The translations under genes were made by a program, and so were the position numbers. A model generated the notes under the pieces. The model was not told the DNA's origin, did no database searches, and saw nothing but the letters and a program-made list of their open reading frames with translations. This document shows, one piece after another, positions 50,960 to 64,000 of a DNA stretch of 64,000 nt (the first letter of the stretch is position 1; each line of letters opens with the position of its first letter). Origin of the DNA: Octopus bimaculoides (taxonomy: Eukaryota); contig NC_069004.1 in the NCBI RefSeq assembly GCF_001194135.2, forward strand, positions 9,208,883 through 9,272,882. Direction: 5' to 3'.

Positions 50960-51400
50960 GTGTACGCTCATTTGACCTCGTAGGCTGAAGTTAGACGCAC
51001 AGATAAGTTGCTGGTCGGGCAAGGAACATTGCTTGCTGAGACAGGAGCCGACGTCTTTTTATATATCTCTCATGGCATGCCCTGAGGAGCTGCATGTGCC
51101 AACTGGCTTGGAAGTTGTTTGTTGCCTTGGAGGTTGTGCCACTTGGTCTGGTCAGACGTAGGACGTCGGCTCTCTTCAAGACCCTTGTGTTTGGAGTCTG
51201 CAAGGACCAGTCAACATTCAGAAAGCGTTTCAGGCGTTTCTGATGGAAGTATTCAAAGACCCTTACATGATGCCTGTAAAGATTCATATTTCACAGGAGT
51301 AGAGGAGCGACGGCACATACAAGCACGGTACACACCAACTTTTGTTCGCCTTGATGGTACCATGCTGGGATCAGACACGAGACTCAAGAGCCCCGAAAGA
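50960..51400 (-). mobile_element. RTE (BovB-like) LINE 3' RT fragment, degraded
   Basis: VPSLLYSCE...LYRHHVRVFEYFHQKRLKRFLNVDW...PNTRVLKRA. Confidence 0.75.
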
Positions 51401-52023
51401 ATCAGTTACCATCTGAAGCCTTAAACATATTTTATCCTCTATGAAGCAAGAATGGCTGAGTGTGCTGCCCATGTAGACAAACTTGTACTTCTAATACTGT
51501 TCCTTCAACTAAGATAGATGGTTTCGCATATGTTTCCTGGCGCAGGCTGCAGCGTTACAACAGTTCAGGCTAATGCTAAGTCCAAACGTTTTACAAGATG
51601 CAGAAATATGACCCATAGGTCATATTTCTTCATCTGTGGGGGGAAAAAAACTAGGTTGCAATCATCCACATAAAGGAGGTCACAAAAACAAAACACACAA
51701 AAAAACAGAGACAGAAAACTGTCGAATTGGCAGGAAACCGACGAAAGTTAAAGAGACGGCCAGAAGATCGATACCTCACTTATATCCCAGAAGAGCAATC
51801 CACAGTAAAGGATTGTGTGAGAGAAACTGCAAAATATAAGGAAAAGAGAGTTGGGGCAAGGATGTCACCTTGCTTGGCACCATTCTCTACATGACACCGA
51901 TATTGACCCATGCCTGCATCCCATCATGAAATGATTTAGCTATCGATACACAGTCATATGTATGTATGTATGTATACATACGCGCATGTATAATATTATA
52001 TCTTCCCTTTCTCCCCTCTGTTG

Positions 52024-52065
<42 letters not shown>

Positions 52066-52419
52066 NNNNNNNNNNNNNNNNNNNNNNNNNNNNNNNNNNN
52101 NNNNNNNNNNNNNNNNNNNNNNNNNNNNNNNNNNNNNNNNNNNNNNNNNNNNNNNNNNNNNNNNNNNNNNNNNNNNNNNNNNNNNNNNNNNNNNNNNNNN
52201 NNNNNNNNNNNNNNNNNNNNNNNNNNNNNNNNNNNNNNNNNNNNNNNNNNNNNNNNNNNNNNNNNNNNNNNNNNNNNNNNNNNNNNNNNNNNNNNNNNNN
52301 NNNNNNNNNNNNNNNNNNNNNNNNNNNNNNNNNNNNNNNNNNNNNNNNNNNNNNNNNNNNNNNNNNNNNNNNNNNNNNNNNNNNNNNNNNNNNNNNNNNN
52401 NNNNNNNNNNNTATATATA

Positions 52420-53109
52420 TATATATTTATATAGTAACGGGGGGAAGGGAGGAAGATACAATATGAGTGAAGAAAAAAAGAGATATAAAAAGGAAAAACA
52501 AAAATATAGATTGAAAAAAAGGAAGTAGAAGAGAGTATTGAAGAGAAATGTAAGAAGCAGACGATAAGGCGTCATAATAAAACGGAATGTAAATAGAAAA
52601 GATGGAATTAATAAGAGAGAAAACGAAGGAGAAAACCTAAAAGAGCAACTAGAAAATGATTTATGAAAGAACAGCTGTGATAGAATAGCAATGTGATGAA
52701 GAGAAAATATAACAAGAAATGAAGAAGAGGGGAAGAAAAAAGGAAAATGAAAGTAGCTTTCGTCTTCTTTCTTTTTATGTTGTAATCTTTAAAGGAAGTG
52801 TAGTAGTGAAAGAGAAGGAAAGATGCGTCTTTAGGTCAGAGATAGAGGGAGATAAGCTGTGTCTTTTTTAGGGAGAAATAGTAGAAGAAAGAAGGAGAAA
52901 GCTCGATTTTTTAAAGGTAAAAATAGTAGGTATAGGGTAGGAGATAAGATACATCTATTTGGGAGAAATGGTGGCAAAATAGAGAACATAAGATAAATCT
53001 TTAGAGAGGAGTGCAGAGAAACAAGGAAGGTCACATCTTTCAAAGGGAAAGGAGAAAGTAAAAGCAGATTGTCTCTTTCTCTCTCTCTCTCCGTCCCTTC
53101 CTCCCCCTC

Positions 53110-53164
<55 letters not shown>

Positions 53165-53338
53165 GTCTATCTATCTATCTGTCTGTCTATCTATCAAGAG
53201 AGACAAGCAGATTTACAGAGAGAGGGAATGAAAAAAAAGAAAATGAAGCTTCAGATGGGGGCTTAAGAAAAAACAAAAACGGGATGTTGTCTAGGGAAAA
53301 GGCTATGGTAACAGAGAAAAGAGGAAACATGAGATAGG

Positions 53339-53400
<62 letters not shown>

Positions 53401-54890
53401 AACAAAGAGGAGAGAAAATAGGAAAAAAGAAAGCGAAAGTACGAAAAAAGATGAATATAGTGGCGATAGGAAAGACGGAGAATAAAAGAGAAAAGGAAAT
53501 AGTGAAGGGGTTGTGTGAAGTAAAGTGCTCAAGAAAAGAAAAGGTACCGTTTAAAAGGGAGAAAGAAGTGGGGAATGATAAGAAATCAGAAGAAAGGTCA
53601 GAAATTTAAAGAAAATATCGAGAAGGGAGTAAAGAGAGACAGGAAGTAATAGAACTTCAAAGAGATGAGGGAGAGAAAGGGATAAGAAAAATGTAAGAAA
53701 AATACTGGAGAAAAATAATGATCAATGTGAAAGAAGGAGGAGAATATACAGGTGTGTGGTAGTAGGAGGAGAGAGAAAAGAGAGAGTGTGTAAGAGTGAG
53801 AGTGAGGGAAAGTGAAAGTGAAAGAGTAATTGAAACATTGTGGATGCTGTGAGAGAGAAAAAGCTGGAGTGAACGAAAGGAAAAGAAAGATTAAAATAAT
53901 TGGGGGTAATCAAGTAGAAATGTGAAACGAAAGGAAGGACTGGGGAAATGAGAAGTAGAGAATGATAAGATGGTGTTGAAAGAGGGGGGAGTGTGAGATA
54001 AGAGAGAATGGTAGAGGAGAGGAAGATGTAGTAGGGAGAGATTGAGAAAAATTAAGGGGTTAAGATGAGAGCGTGAGCAATCATAGTTGAAGAGTCGAGA
54101 GATGGAAGAAGAATTAGAAAGAAAAGAGAGCGGCCAGGAAGATATTTTGCGGGGGAAAAGAGTGAAAGGGAGGGAGAAATGTTAGCGAGAGAGTAGGAGG
54201 AAGTGTAGCAGCGGAGTGGGGGGGTAGAAAAGAAAGAGTAAGTGTGAGAGGGAAATGAAGAGAAAGAGCTGTAGTGGTGGTGGTAGGATGTGCGAAAGGG
54301 GGAGGCGAAGAGAGAAGAGAAGAGGAAGGGGATGAAATGAGAGAGAGAGAACAGCAGCGTGAAAAGAAAGGTGCAAGAGTGGAAAGGGAGGGTGGAGACG
54401 AAAAGAGAAAAGAAAGGAGAGAGAGAAGTTGAGGGAAGGAGAAAAGGAGATAGAGGTAGAGAGAAGGTAGGTGGAGAGAAGAAGAGGGATTGAGAGGCAG
54501 AGAGGAAGAGACTGGGAGAGAGAGGGAAAAAAGAGGTAAGAAAATGAGGGAGAGGGGAGAGAGAAAGAGAGAGTGAGATTGTGTACATCGTTGTGCGCGC
54601 GCGTGTCTGTGTGTGTGTGTATTTGTGTGTGTGTGTGCAAACGAAGAAGAAGAAGAGTAGCCGGGATTGTAGGATAAGCAAGATGATGAAGTAGGAGGAA
54701 GGGGAGGTAATAAAGCGCAAGAAAAAGGAGGAGGAGGCTGAAAGAGTGGCGAAAAATAGAAAGGGGGAGATAGAAGAGAGAGAGAAACACAGACGGTAAG
54801 AGAGACAGAGAGAGAGAGAGGGTAATGGTATAGAAAGGATGGCTTTATTTGAAAGCCTCTCTCCTCTGTAGTAGTTAACAAGATGGAACA
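52420..54890. repeat. Long purine-rich (A/G) low-complexity tract with embedded (ATCT)n and (GA)n
   Basis: Direct reading; the long S/L/F/P-rich minus-strand ORFs come from composition. Confidence 0.85.
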
Positions 54891-55344
54891 ACGTCTACAT
54901 CCCTGCATCGGATAGCTCCTTGTTTTATTTTTCCTCCTTCTTTCCCCCCCTTTTTTTTTAACCAAACACCATTCTGTGATGACATGTCTCTCTACATTTC
55001 CCCTCTATTGACGCCAAACCGTGCACGCAAGGAAACGTTGCACTTTACCAATGTATGTACGTACCACTATTATTACTATTATTGTTATTAGTAGTTCAAT
55101 TATTATTAACGTTAGTATTAATATTATTAATATTTATTAGCATGATAATTGTCTTTACTGTTGGTTGACGTCAAAAAGCATGCTTTTAGTTTAAGATTCA
55201 ATGAACTATATGCTTATACATATATACCTGTGTATATATTTATTACTATGCATGTTTATACGTTTGTATGTATGTGTGTGTTTGTGTAATAATATGACAG
55301 GCATACACACGCTATATCCTTGCCTGTATCAATATAACGCACCC

Positions 55345-55397
<53 letters not shown>

Positions 55398-56221
55398 TAA
55401 ACACATGTATACACAAGCTCACATTACACGAATATACGTAAAGAAACACATACACAGGCACGCTCACACACAAAGACACACAGGGACACTCATACATATT
55501 GTTAAATTATTGTTGTTTACTTCATACATTAAATTCTCTTTATAATTATGTTTTGATAAATTTCGAACACAAAGCTACATCACAGCCGAATTATTATTAT
55601 TATTATTATTATTAACAGTGTTGTTGTTGTCATTATTATTATTATTATTATTATTATTTACCTTTCTTGTATCAAAAAAGAAAGATAATTAAAAAAAAAA
55701 AGATCGCCTTTCGTAATTATAATCACGGTATCTCTTGTGTTCTTCCGTTTATCTATTTTTTTTTTCCAGTTGTCTTCCCTACCAGGCACGCTAGTAACCC
55801 CCATCTATACACTTACATGCATATACATACATACATACAGCCACAGACATACATATCGACATATGTATGTACATAGGTATTAATTATATATGCATATGGA
55901 TATGTATTTATGTATTTACAAATGCGCGCGTGTGTGTGTGTCGTGCGTATGCTCGCACCGAGGTCAACATTGCTCTGCGCATTACCGTGATCGATAAAAT
56001 AAATTATGAGTCCACGTTGCTGGATTGATATAGATGTTATAGCGATAGAATCAAACCCTAGAAGGTATTTGTTCTGGGTCATTACGTTCGGGGTTCGTCT
56101 GCCATGAACCCTAGGGTCAAACTGTTTCGGTGCCTACGTTCTCCTTTGGTTGGCACGGAATGGAGAGACTTACTTGCTGAATAGATAACGAATAGTGTTC
56201 CATATTATTTCTTGGACAGAA

Positions 56222-56575
56222 ATGAGCCATGGTGAGGAATTTTTGGCGGGGGTCTCTTGAATTCCCTTACCACATGGGGAAAAGGATCTTCTATACCGCA
56301 TAGGAAAGGAACTTCCTCTTTACCTCGTGAAATGGGATCTCCAATGCTGCATGGGAAACAAAATCCAATTCCACATTGGAAAGGAATTTCCAAACCACAT
56401 GGGAGAGGAACTTCCGTGCCTCATGATAAAGGAATATCTTCCATGCCACATGGAAAAGAGCACCCATGCGTTATTGGAAAGAAACTGCCAAACCACATGA
56501 AAATGATACTTCTTCCAGACTATACTCAGAAGGAAGGAACTCTCATAGCACATGGGAAAAGAGAAGGGTATTTTT
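56222..56575 (+). repeat. Degenerate 24/27-bp tandem repeat (ccacatgggaaaggaacttcc-like), about 12 units
   Basis: Repeated ccacatgg/cctcatga anchors; central units read as PH-G/x-KG-T/I-S peptides. Confidence 0.7.
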
Positions 56576-57379
56576 TCCCGACATTTTTTGTCTTGTATTC
56601 CTGTATTTTTTCATAGAATTACAATTCTGAAAGAGTTTCTTCCGTCCCCACACAACAAATTTCAATTCTTTTTTACATTCTGGTCCTCGCCATTCTTCCA
56701 TTTCCGTATATTCTTCCTTTTCCGTGAGGTATGGGAATTCGGATTGTCAGTTCTTTCCAAAACTCCACAGAATTTTCCTATTGTAAGGTACATGGGCACG
56801 GAGGTCTTAGTAAGAATGTGTGTGTGTGTGTGTTTGCGTGATTGACTCTCTAATACTATGTGGTTTGTGTGTGTGTGTATTTGTGATTGAATGTGCGTGT
56901 GTGTGTGAGTCATTCTTTCGGTTTATGATCACAAATTGAAAGTGTAAAATTATCGCAACCAACTGGCAATAATTTGGAAAAAATTAAAAAATAAAAATTA
57001 AAAAATTTTTGAAATAAAATAAACAAAATGAAGTGTGGTGCCTATTCGACTGGACATAACTGAAATCGTGTCAATATTTCCACTTTCACTTTGTGATCAT
57101 AACCCGAAAGAGTGTTGTTTGTGTGTGTGTGTGTATTTGCAAATACATTTTGAAAAAAAAAACCGAGTAAAGAGAGTAGTCACTGATAAAAGCAGAGGAA
57201 TATATGTTATATTTTATCGATGGCTGGATCTTCACAAAACATTCCAATTACCCGTTTTTCAATTTTCAGCCGATATATATATATTAAAAGAAAGAAAAAA
57301 AACGACAAAACATGAGGAAGATATTTAAAAGATAAACATAAGAGTGTGTGGCGTAACCATGTGTATGGATGTCTGTATA

Positions 57380-58320
<941 letters not shown>

Positions 58321-58500
58321 ATATATATGTTTCCGAGGATGAACAAGTCTGCATATTCTATATCGTTTTAATTATTGCTAATATATATATATATATGGAG
58401 AGAGAGATGGATGGCTGGGTAGACATAAATGAATAGATAGATCGACAGATATCTATCTATATATATATATATATCTCTGCAGAAAATAATTTCTGCTATA

Positions 58501-58571
<71 letters not shown>

Positions 58572-58588
58572 AGATAGATAGATAGATA

Positions 58589-58744
58589 CACTAGCGTAGC
58601 TAGAGTGTACCGCCCGGGGTGACCCTTTAGTTGGCGCCCCCGGGAACCCATAAAAATGCATATTGCCTACAGCAGACCCAAAAGTGGTGCCGCCGCTATT
58701 AATCTGTTGCCCGGGGTGGAGCGCCCCCTCTAGCTACGATGGTA
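58589..58744. mobile_element. Small GC-rich MITE-like element
   Basis: Inverted termini cgtagctagag / ctctagctacg; no clean TSD seen. Confidence 0.45.
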
Positions 58745-59359
58745 GGTAGGTTGATAGATAGATAGATAGATACGGTTTCTTGTTTTTGTCCTAGACACCT
58801 TTGTGTCTCATGTGAATTTCAGATGTATGTATGTATGTATGTTCTTTTTTACTTCTTAATTTAGAATAGATTTTGACCGGCCATTTGCTTGGCAGCAAGA
58901 TTGTAGACGAAAGTAACTTGCTATGTTCATCATCCTTTAAATCTTAAGGTCTCGCAGACTTTTATAGTCCCAGATATTGTGATCATTTGTCGAGTATCAA
59001 GTAAGGAGATGTGTGTGTGTGTATTTTCTTTGAGTTTTATTTAAGCTTTTCTTAAGAGAGTCCAAAGCTGGTCGCTAACAAAGCGACAAGACTTATTGAG
59101 TTACGTGTGTTCCCGGTGTTTGTAAATATGAGTTGATTTGTTGGTTGAACTATCGATGCATATAAAACGAAGTCTGTGCATCTATTCGCATAAAAAAACT
59201 TCATTTGGAGAATTTATGAAATGTCTTACAAATCTTCCTGTGCCACCAATAGAGAATCCGCCGAGTATTCCTAGGTTTTTGTACAAATTTGTTGGTACAT
59301 AACGTAATGCACCCATGCGGATGTGTGAGTTTGTGTGTGTGTGTTTAGGTATGCAATTT

Positions 59360-59560
59360 GGTTTCAAATTTTGGTACAAGGCTAGCAATTTTAGGGGAAG
59401 GGTTAAGTCGATTACATCCTCATCATCTGGTACTTATTTTATCGACCCCAGAACGATGAAAGACAAAGTCGACCTCGACGGAATTTGAACTCAGAATGTG
59501 AAGACAAAATGCCGACAAGGATTTTTTTGCACGGCGTGCTAACGATTCTGCCAGCTCGTC
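59360..59560 (-). mobile_element. Family B SINE
   Basis: Reverse-complement match, including gctggcagaatcgttagcacg and gtcgactttgtc. Confidence 0.8.
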
Positions 59561-59870
59561 GCTTTATGTGTGTAATTTGATGTGTGGATGAACAGGCTGT
59601 TACCTTCACATTAGATTGAATAGATAATAGACAAGACATACATTTACAATCCGGTCATTCAAACATACATCGGTATGTTGAATGATATATTGTTAAATGA
59701 ATGCCTCATATGTATGTTACGCTTGTATGTCATATGTTTGTATGTATTTATCGGTGTATCTATTCGTTAAGATTTAAGTTCTATGTTGACCGCAAGTCGT
59801 TCGCTAACAAAATGACAAGGTTTCTTTGTTTGAGTCAAGGCAGTTCCAAGGATTTGTGTATGGGTTTATA

Positions 59871-59904
<34 letters not shown>

Positions 59905-60049
59905 GATATACTTGCACTCGTGTAATGAGTGCACATGTCTCGTTACTGAACGAGTGTGTGATTATTTTTGTATATGCATGCAATATGTACATATGTGATT
60001 ACATATAAATATATATATATTATGTACATATAAACATATATACATACGC

Positions 60050-60086
<37 letters not shown>

Positions 60087-60624
60087 AATGTACACACACA
60101 CACACAGCCACACACACATATTTATCTTAAATGAGACATTCTTGGAATGTTTTAGAAATGTCCACTGTACCACTATGAATCGATATGTATATAACATGTG
60201 TACCTAATGTATGTATACAAGCGTTCGTGAATGTATTTATGAATATATGTACATGTGTTTTAATATCTGTGCATATAAACATATATAAACGTGTTCCTCT
60301 GTGACCATGTGCTCGCGCGCGCGTGTGTATGTTTGTGTGTGTGTGTGTGTTTGTGTGCCTCGTGGCCGGGAAGTAGCATCAGGTTTCACCAAGTACCAAT
60401 ATTCCAGTCAAAGAAATACAAATGAAACTAACCTTTCCCTTACTTGTCTGCCTTCTGCCTGTCTTTGTCTGCCTCTCTCTCATTCATTCTCTCTCACATT
60501 CCCTCTCTCGCCATATATTTCTCCACTAATACTGCCACCGGACCATGAGGACACCTCTAGGTCAGTTTTGGGAAGCCTTTTTTTGAGAATCGGACCACAC
60601 GAGACATGGCTCGTTATCAGGTAG

Positions 60625-61220
60625 GCTGCACCACTTACAAAAATTGAAGATAATTCTTCGTTAGGCGAGTCATTCAGAAATTCCTGCAGGCTGCAATTTA
60701 CCCATAACTGTTCTAGATGGTCGTTGACCGTCTATAGCAGAAATTACCACCATACCGTCTTTGTGGAAAATATCCCATCAATACTGCACAGATGATGTTG
60801 GTATCAATTTTAAAATCCACCCAAGACTTGGAATCTTTTTGATTTGGCGGGCACCACTTGTTTTCTTAATGAAACACTTTCAAACTTGGGACGCAGAAAG
60901 ATCCAAGACTTGGCCCCCGTGCTATCCGCCCACTACAAATATCGAACTCAGGACACATAACAATATTATTTCAACTGGTCTAGCTCTCTTTAATATTATA
61001 CCAAAATACATCCAAACGGAAACAGATCCCATAAAATTCAAAAGTTCTCTGGACAAATTTCTCCAAAGAATCCCGGTTCTACCTTCTACACCCGTATATG
61101 TCTCCAACAATAATAGCTCTTTGCTAGAGTGGACCATGGTGTCCCATGTATGACTGAGATGCGAATCACGATCTGAAAGACTTCACCAGGCTGAAATCTG
61201 TCTAAGTTTATCTAAGTTTA
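60625..61220 (+). mobile_element. CR1-like LINE 3' fragment
   Basis: WKISHQYC...KIHPRLG and STGLALFNIIPKYI...KFKSSLDKFLQRIP...NNNSSLLEW; short tandem tail tctaagttta repeated twice. Confidence 0.75.
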
Positions 61221-62799
61221 TATACATTGCATAACGTAATCAAAGATATACTGTGCCCGAAATTTTTAAAAAAATGAATTAACTAGATGATCATGGTTAG
61301 AATGCCTTTTGATCATGGTAAGAATGCCTATTAGATTATGATTGGCTCGGGGCTGCATTAACAACAACAACGCATCACTGTTCCAATGAAATAGAAATAG
61401 CAGTTAAATGTCCTCTCAAATCCAACTCTACTGTCTTATAAAATGCAAGGACACATTGGTCAATGTAGGTCTTATATAGTGGTTCGCCACGGCTGGAATC
61501 TCTTGATTAAGAGTTATATTCAGTTAGGTCTTAACGTAGGGCTTAACAGTACCGCTATCAATGTGCTACCACCACCACCGACACTACACACTATAAGGAC
61601 ACAAGGGTACACATATGTAGTCGCTCATGGTGCTAGAAACAGCAGTCAAATCGTCCCCCAAATTACACTCCAGTACATTAAGACCCATTGAATAATGAGA
61701 TCCTAGTCTCTTGCACAAGAGAAAAAGACGGGATGGTCAAAGTTGGAATGCCTTTTAACATACGTTTGTGTGCTCGATTAGAGGTTACCTGGAGTTAAAC
61801 AATATCAACAACTACAACGCGTGGTCACCTCGGGCTACTAGAATGATAGTCAAATGTCTCTCAGATTTCACCCTGTAGTCATAGTAATGTATAAGGAAGA
61901 CATCTAAAGCATCTTCAAGCGGCAGCAGCTAAAATACATCGCACAATGTTACCTCAGAAACCTCTTTTATCCTGTTAACTTTGATTAGATCCTTGGTTTC
62001 ATGCCGTGTAACAACAATATAATTGAGTGGCTTTCGTCCGCTGTTACAATGCAGGAGTCTCCAAGACGTAACATCTGTTATGGCTCGTTCAGAATGATTG
62101 CAATTGTCAGCAAAGCCTATCCTACGTTGATGATCAAGCAATATTAGAGATACGTAAAATGTGTCCATAAATTGCATGCTTTTGTCCCGTGGTTATGCCT
62201 TGAGATGCTTCAAGTTCTCATAAGAAGTCTCGTGTATGTACCATCAAAGCGTGCTTGAAGCTTCTTCTTCATAGTTCAAGCTTCGGTTCTATAGAAGAGA
62301 ATTTCTTCGTCAACACACGCCCTGAAGAAGGCAAGCTTTGTTGACTATGAACAGCGGCGTAATTAGAGTCTGTGCCGCTCTTGGCAGCCCTTGAGTTTGC
62401 TGCTCTCGTCCTTCCTCAGACCCCAAAGTATCGGCTCCTATAAAAAGGTCACCTGGGGTAAACTGTCTCATATCCACCCCCATCCAGCTATGCCACTGAC
62501 TTTGAAATACTTGATTGCAGTAACCAGGAACCAACTATGGTCAAATAGTAACTGCTGCCTTGCAAGATGAATTTGAAAATCTAGAAACGAGACCGAAACA
62601 GAAAGGCTGTTGCTTTGCACAGTAGATAACTGCTATCAAACACTAAAGGACCTACCTTTACAGAAAGGGCTGCCGAAGAGGTGCTTTTACTTTGTTATCA
62701 GCAAACTAACAAGATGAATTCACAATGCAGCAATACCAAAGTTAGTGCCACTGATTCGATGTCCCCATCTAAGATATACTGTATTTATCTTTTATCTTT

Positions 62800-63210
62800 T
62801 ACTTGTTTCAGGCTTTAGACTGCGGCCATGCTGGGACACCACCTTGAAGAATTTTTAGTTGAATGAATCGACCCCAGTACTTATTATTATTTATTGCAGA
62901 ATCGTTAGCACGCTGAACGAAATGCTTAGCGGTATTTCGTCCGTCGCTACGTTCTGAGTTCAAATTCCTCCGAGGTCGACTTGGTCTTTCATAACTTCGG
63001 GGTCGATAGAATAAGTACCAGTTGAACACTGGGGTCGATGTAATCGACTATCTCCACCCCCCTAAATTTCAGTCCCTGTGTCTATAGTAGAAAGAATTAT
63101 TATTATTATGATTATTATTTTGAAAGCCTGGTACTTATTCTGTCGGTTTCTTTTGCGGAGGACGTAAACGCACTAACACCAGTTGTCAAGCGGCGGGGTG
63201 TACAGACACA
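62800..63210. mobile_element. Family B SINE (+, ~62897-63105) nested in a family A-type SINE (-)
   Basis: The A-type sequence breaks at gaccccagtacttatt and resumes at ttttgaaagcctggtacttattc. Confidence 0.7.
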
Positions 63211-64000
63211 AAGACACGCACGCACGCACGTATGTATATGTATATATATACACACATACATACTTATGCATGTCTAGTGTGTGTATTATCTATACTATAC
63301 TGATATTGTTTATATTGTAGTGTATGTATTATACTATATTATGTTATATTGAATCGAAAGAAGCGAACATCATGTTACGTGGTATACATTTTCTGTGATG
63401 TAAAGATATCACATCCGGGGAGAAGATGGAACAAGTTAATCTTCATAGTCTTGTTTTCTGTTTGTCTTTCTCTTTCTGTCTCATTCATTCGTTCGTTCTT
63501 GGTTTTTATCGTTTTCACTCCACTCATTTTTGTTTATATAATTTGTTTATTTATCTGATATCTGTTTCTTCGGCCCTAGTATCCACTTTCCGTCAACACA
63601 ACAGGCACATGCCTGTGTGTATACGTATATATGCAAGCAAGTATTATATATTTTTGTAAGGATGTGTGTGTGTGTGTGTGTGTGTAGATATACGTATTTG
63701 ATACATGGTTGTTTTTCGCTTTAGGGCAGTACTAGTTGTAGTAGTAGTAGTTTAGCACATATCATCTCTGAGTGAGCATCCCTATGATCTAAGACATTTC
63801 AACTGTGACCACCACTACGTTCTTTATATATCGAGGACCAATTAGATCGTTCGATATATCCTTCGTTTTGTTAAGACGTTGAGTAATTGGATGGGGATTT
63901 GGCTACTATTTCTACTGGGTTGATCTACCATATTTAAGAAGCCCGTACCCTCGTTGGCTCGGATGTGAAGGAAAGTGACCACTTTAGGCATGCGAACATT

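Noticed and set aside
54052-54965. Overlapping 200-280 aa minus-strand ORFs
   Set aside because: Pyrimidine-rich strand lacks stops by composition; S/L/F/P low complexity.
62280-62360. CTGAAGA within a small hairpin (possible hammerhead)
   Set aside because: The GAAA box and cleavage triplet are missing.

Overview
AT-rich, repeat-dense animal genomic DNA with many assembly gaps. The SINE, microsatellite and LINE content points to a cephalopod, probably Octopus (inference). One gene is clearly recognisable: nicotinate phosphoribosyltransferase (NAPRT) on the + strand. Thirteen coding exons (5562-31218) join in frame with GT-AG sites, giving 501 codons including the stop. The first coding exon is not seen in the window, and one expected internal exon is probably in the gap at 27890-28766. 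The rest is mostly transposable-element debris: at least three tRNA-derived SINE families, LINE fragments (RTE, CR1-like, R4/Dong-like, CRE-like), mariner and maT transposase relics, TTAA-flanked, hAT and Tc/pogo MITEs, and a solo LTR. The best leads are: (i) a solo LTR with long in-phase heat-shock-element arrays and a tandemly amplified promoter segment; (ii) two related fold-back insertions, one with a hammerhead-ribozyme-like core and one with a 12-bp TSD, resembling Penelope-like elements; (iii) candidate exons of an unrecognised minus-strand gene converging on NAPRT; (iv) a degenerate repeat packed with E-box, octamer and X-box motifs upstream of the first visible NAPRT exon; (v) a head-to-tail SINE array in (ATT)n. 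All calls were made by eye; no database searches were run.
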